Both the position numbers and the translations under genes were made by a program. From Candidatus Krumholzibacteriia bacterium (lineage in GTDB: Bacteria > Krumholzibacteriota > Krumholzibacteriia > LZORAL124-64-63), in NCBI GenBank assembly GCA_041390065.1, contig JAWKQQ010000024.1, forward strand, positions 5,901 through 69,900: 64,000 nt of DNA, read 5' to 3'. The notes beneath the pieces are model-generated. The model did no database searches and was not told where the DNA came from. It saw only the letters and a program-made list of their open reading frames with translations. Below, in pieces: positions 61,851 through 64,000 of the stretch (its first letter is position 1; every line of letters begins with the position of its first letter).

Positions 61851-63338
61851 ATGCAGAGGTCCTTCCGGGCCTTCCTGAGGGGCCTGTCCACCACGCGGAC
61901 AGGCGCCCTCGGGGTGGCCCTCACCACGAGCTCGTTCCTGCTGCTCGTCTTCCTGCTGCTGTTGCAGGAGTCCGGCGTCCTGGGGAACAGCTACTCGGGC
62001 CTGCTCACGTTCCTGGCCCTGCCGGCGCTGTTCATCCTCGGTCTGGCGCTGATTCCCATCGGCTGGCACCGGCTCCAGCGGCGGACCGGGCTGAGCACCG
62101 CCGAGCTGCTCCGCGAACGGTTCCCCGACGAGCTGGTGAAGGCCAATCCGCTCGGATCGGGCCTGGCCTTCACCGTGGCCGGCTTGACGGTCGTCAACCT
62201 GCTCTTCCTCGGATTCGGCGGTGCGGCCATCCTGCACCACATGGATTCGCCGCAGTTCTGCGGCACCACCTGCCACCAGGTGATGGGGCCGGAGTGGGCG
62301 ACCTACCAGTCGAGCCCCCACGCCCACGTCGCCTGCGTGGAATGCCACGTCGGCGAGGGGGCGGAGGCTCTCGTGGACGCCAAGCTGAACGGCCTGCGGC
62401 AGATGTGGCTGGTCACCACCGGCGGCTACAACCGTCCCATCCCCACGCCGGTCCACACGCTGCGGCCGGCGCGGGAGACCTGCGAGAAGTGCCACTGGCC
62501 CGACAAGTTCTACGGCGACCGCATCAAGACGTTCGCCCGGTTCGCGCCCGATTCGGCCTCGACGCCGGCCTTCAGCACGCTGGCGCTCAAGGTGGGCGCC
62601 GGCGGCGAGACCGGCGCGATCCACTGGCACGTCTCGTCCGACGCGGCGGTCACCTATCAGGCGGCGGACGCCACGCGTCGGCAGATGCTCTGGGTCGAGG
62701 TCCGCCGCGGCGACCAGGTGACCCGCTGGCGCAACCCCCGGGTCGCGGCGACGGCCCCCGGGACCTTGCCCGAACCGCGGACCATGGACTGCATCGACTG
62801 CCACAACCGGGCGACCCATGTCTACCGCATGCCCGCCGACGTGGTCGACGGCCTGGTCGCCGCCGGCGACATCGATCGGTCCGTGCCCTGGGCCAAGGCG
62901 GCGGCGCTCGAGGCGCTGCGGACCACGGTGCCGCCGGGCGAGTCGCCCGAGGTGGCCATGGCCGCGGCGCTGCGCGGCTACTACCGCCGCAAGGCGCCCG
63001 CCGTGCTGGACCGCGACCCGCGGGCGCTGGACGCCATGGCGGTCGTGCTGGCGAGGGCGTACGCCCGCAACGTCCACCCCGGGATGAAGGTGGGCTGGGG
63101 CGCCTACCCCAGCCACATCGGCCATCGCCGCGACGACGCCGGTTGCAGCCGTTGCCACGGCGCCGGCCTGGTGAACGACCGCGGCGAGGGGATCGACGAC
63201 AGCTGCACGCTGTGCCATTCGTTGCTGGCCTTCGAGAGCGCGACCCCGTTCCGCTTCCTCGAGCCGCTGCAGCCGGCCCAGCCCGATTCGGCCATGCAGG
63301 TCTACCTGCGCGACGAATTCACGAGCAGCGTGCCCTGA
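61851..63338 (+). CDS. Inner-membrane multiheme cytochrome c, NapC/NirT-related, ImcH-like architecture; putative quinol dehydrogenase
   Basis: The RBS is GGAAGAGGAG, and the start lies 18 nt after the octaheme stop. Three N-terminal TM helices are predicted. The NapC-like region is FCGTTCHQVMGPEW..Y..SPHAHVACVECH. Five CXXCH motifs are present (CVECH, CEKCH, CIDCH, CSRCH, CTLCH) plus one CX3CH (CGTTCH). Confidence 0.7.
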   Translation: MQRSFRAFLRGLSTTRTGALGVALTTSSFLLLVFLLLLQESGVLGNSYSGLLTFLALPALFILGLALIPIGWHRLQRRTGLSTAELLRERFPDELVKANPLGSGLAFTVAGLTVVNLLFLGFGGAAILHHMDSPQFCGTTCHQVMGPEWATYQSSPHAHVACVECHVGEGAEALVDAKLNGLRQMWLVTTGGYNRPIPTPVHTLRPARETCEKCHWPDKFYGDRIKTFARFAPDSASTPAFSTLALKVGAGGETGAIHWHVSSDAAVTYQAADATRRQMLWVEVRRGDQVTRWRNPRVAATAPGTLPEPRTMDCIDCHNRATHVYRMPADVVDGLVAAGDIDRSVPWAKAAALEALRTTVPPGESPEVAMAAALRGYYRRKAPAVLDRDPRALDAMAVVLARAYARNVHPGMKVGWGAYPSHIGHRRDDAGCSRCHGAGLVNDRGEGIDDSCTLCHSLLAFESATPFRFLEPLQPAQPDSAMQVYLRDEFTSSVP

Positions 63339-63365
63339 GCGGGCCAGGTCACGGTCGGCCCGACC

Positions 63366-63393
63366 GGACCGCCGCCCCGCCGGGCGGCGGTCC
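63366..63393 (+). terminator. Hairpin after the cytochrome operon
   Basis: ggaccgccgccc-cgcc-gggcggcggtcc forms a 12-bp perfect stem, 28 nt after the stop, followed by gcgcTTgTg. Confidence 0.5.
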
Positions 63394-63490
63394 GCGCTTG
63401 TGATCCGACTCCCGCGGCCCGATCTTGATCCCGACCCCCCCGGATGATCGCGGGCGTTCGGCCCGCGGCAGGCAACGAGGAGGCACCGCC

Positions 63491-64000
63491 ATGCGTCGCC
63501 CCATCACCGCCCTGTTCGCCCTTGCCCTGCTCGCGGCCGCCGCGTCCGCCCTCGCCGATCCGTACCCCGCACCCGCCACCGACCCCGCCCACGCGCTCGT
63601 TCACCTGGCCCCGGGCGACACGGTCGCCTGGGTGCTGGACACCGGGGCCGACGGCCGCGGCGTGATCGCCCGGGTCCAGGGCGCGGCGATCCGGCTCGAC
63701 GACGGCTTCGCGCTCGACGCCCGTGACCTGGCCCGCCTGTGGCGATGGCGGCGGTCCCGCGCCGGCAACGTCGGCCGGGGCGTGGCCGGCGGACTCGCCG
63801 TCGGCCTCGTGGGCGGCCTCGCGGTGGGCAACACGCTGGCCAACGACGACGGCGGCTTCGAGAACCTCGCCGCGGTGCTCGCCGGTCTCGGCGTCTTCGC
63901 GGCGGGCGCACTGGGCGGGGCGATGGTGGGCGCGGCGGCACCACCGGCGGGAACCTGGGAGCTCCTGCTCACCGACGACCCCGACCGCCGGCCCCCGCCG
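63491..64000 (+). CDS. Secreted hypothetical protein with a glycine-zipper segment; partial, runs off the right edge
   Basis: My own translation from the ATG at 63491 (GAGGAGG 7 nt upstream) gives MRRPITALFALALLAAAASALADPYPAP...GRGVAGGLAVGLVGGLAVGNTLAN...GLGVFAAGALGGAMVGAA... The frame stays open to position 64000. It is not in the track because it has no stop. Confidence 0.5.
   Translation, partial: MRRPITALFALALLAAAASALADPYPAPATDPAHALVHLAPGDTVAWVLDTGADGRGVIARVQGAAIRLDDGFALDARDLARLWRWRRSRAGNVGRGVAGGLAVGLVGGLAVGNTLANDDGGFENLAAVLAGLGVFAAGALGGAMVGAAAPPAGTWELLLTDDPDRRPPP

Overview
This is a very GC-rich 64-kb chromosomal segment from a diderm bacterium. The diderm call is an inference from the hldD heptose-LPS gene, a FadL-type outer-membrane channel, lipoprotein signal peptides and T9SS-type C-terminal sorting domains. 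The source is possibly an uncultivated FCB-group or Gemmatimonadota-like lineage. I can support about 45 protein genes and one tRNA-Glu. I recognised no rRNA, CRISPR array, transposase, integrase or phage genes.

The backbone is housekeeping and is packed into long minus-strand operons with ATGA stop/start overlaps:
- Purine synthesis: purF, purB, a fused purL-purQ and a tandem PurS-like gene.
- asd, truA, transaldolase, hldD and an HtrA protease.
- RNase G and its usual radical-SAM neighbour.
- birA-like, comM (partial), pirin, rarD, a pterin dehydratase and a bacilliredoxin.

The accessory content is:
- a propeller-type hybrid histidine kinase
- a MalT-like STAND/TPR/BTAD regulator
- three paralogous alkaline-phosphatase-superfamily genes
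- a HEAT-cyclophilin lipoprotein
- an LVIVD/T9SS protein and a decayed copy of it
- an ABC-2 exporter
- an OmpR/HK pair
- an SSS symporter
- a metzincin lipoprotein

The most interesting items are:
1. A multiheme cytochrome island at 59.8-63.4 kb. It holds an HAO-family octaheme, an ImcH/NapC-like membrane cytochrome and a divergent tetraheme, behind a perfect Crp/Fnr-type palindrome.
2. A 56-aa bacterial histone-fold gene that falls below the ORF-track cutoff (754-924).
3. An unusual purLQ fusion with a separate tandem-PurS gene.
4. A 590-bp AT-rich intergenic region with a strong promoter and an orphan minus-strand intrinsic terminator, which is a candidate sRNA or leader.
5. About 14 reading-frame breaks concentrated in six genes while all large neighbours stay intact. 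This is either real decay or local assembly error.

Many very long ORFs in the track are antisense shadows typical of high-GC DNA, and I rejected them. All family assignments are by eye from motifs; no searches were run.
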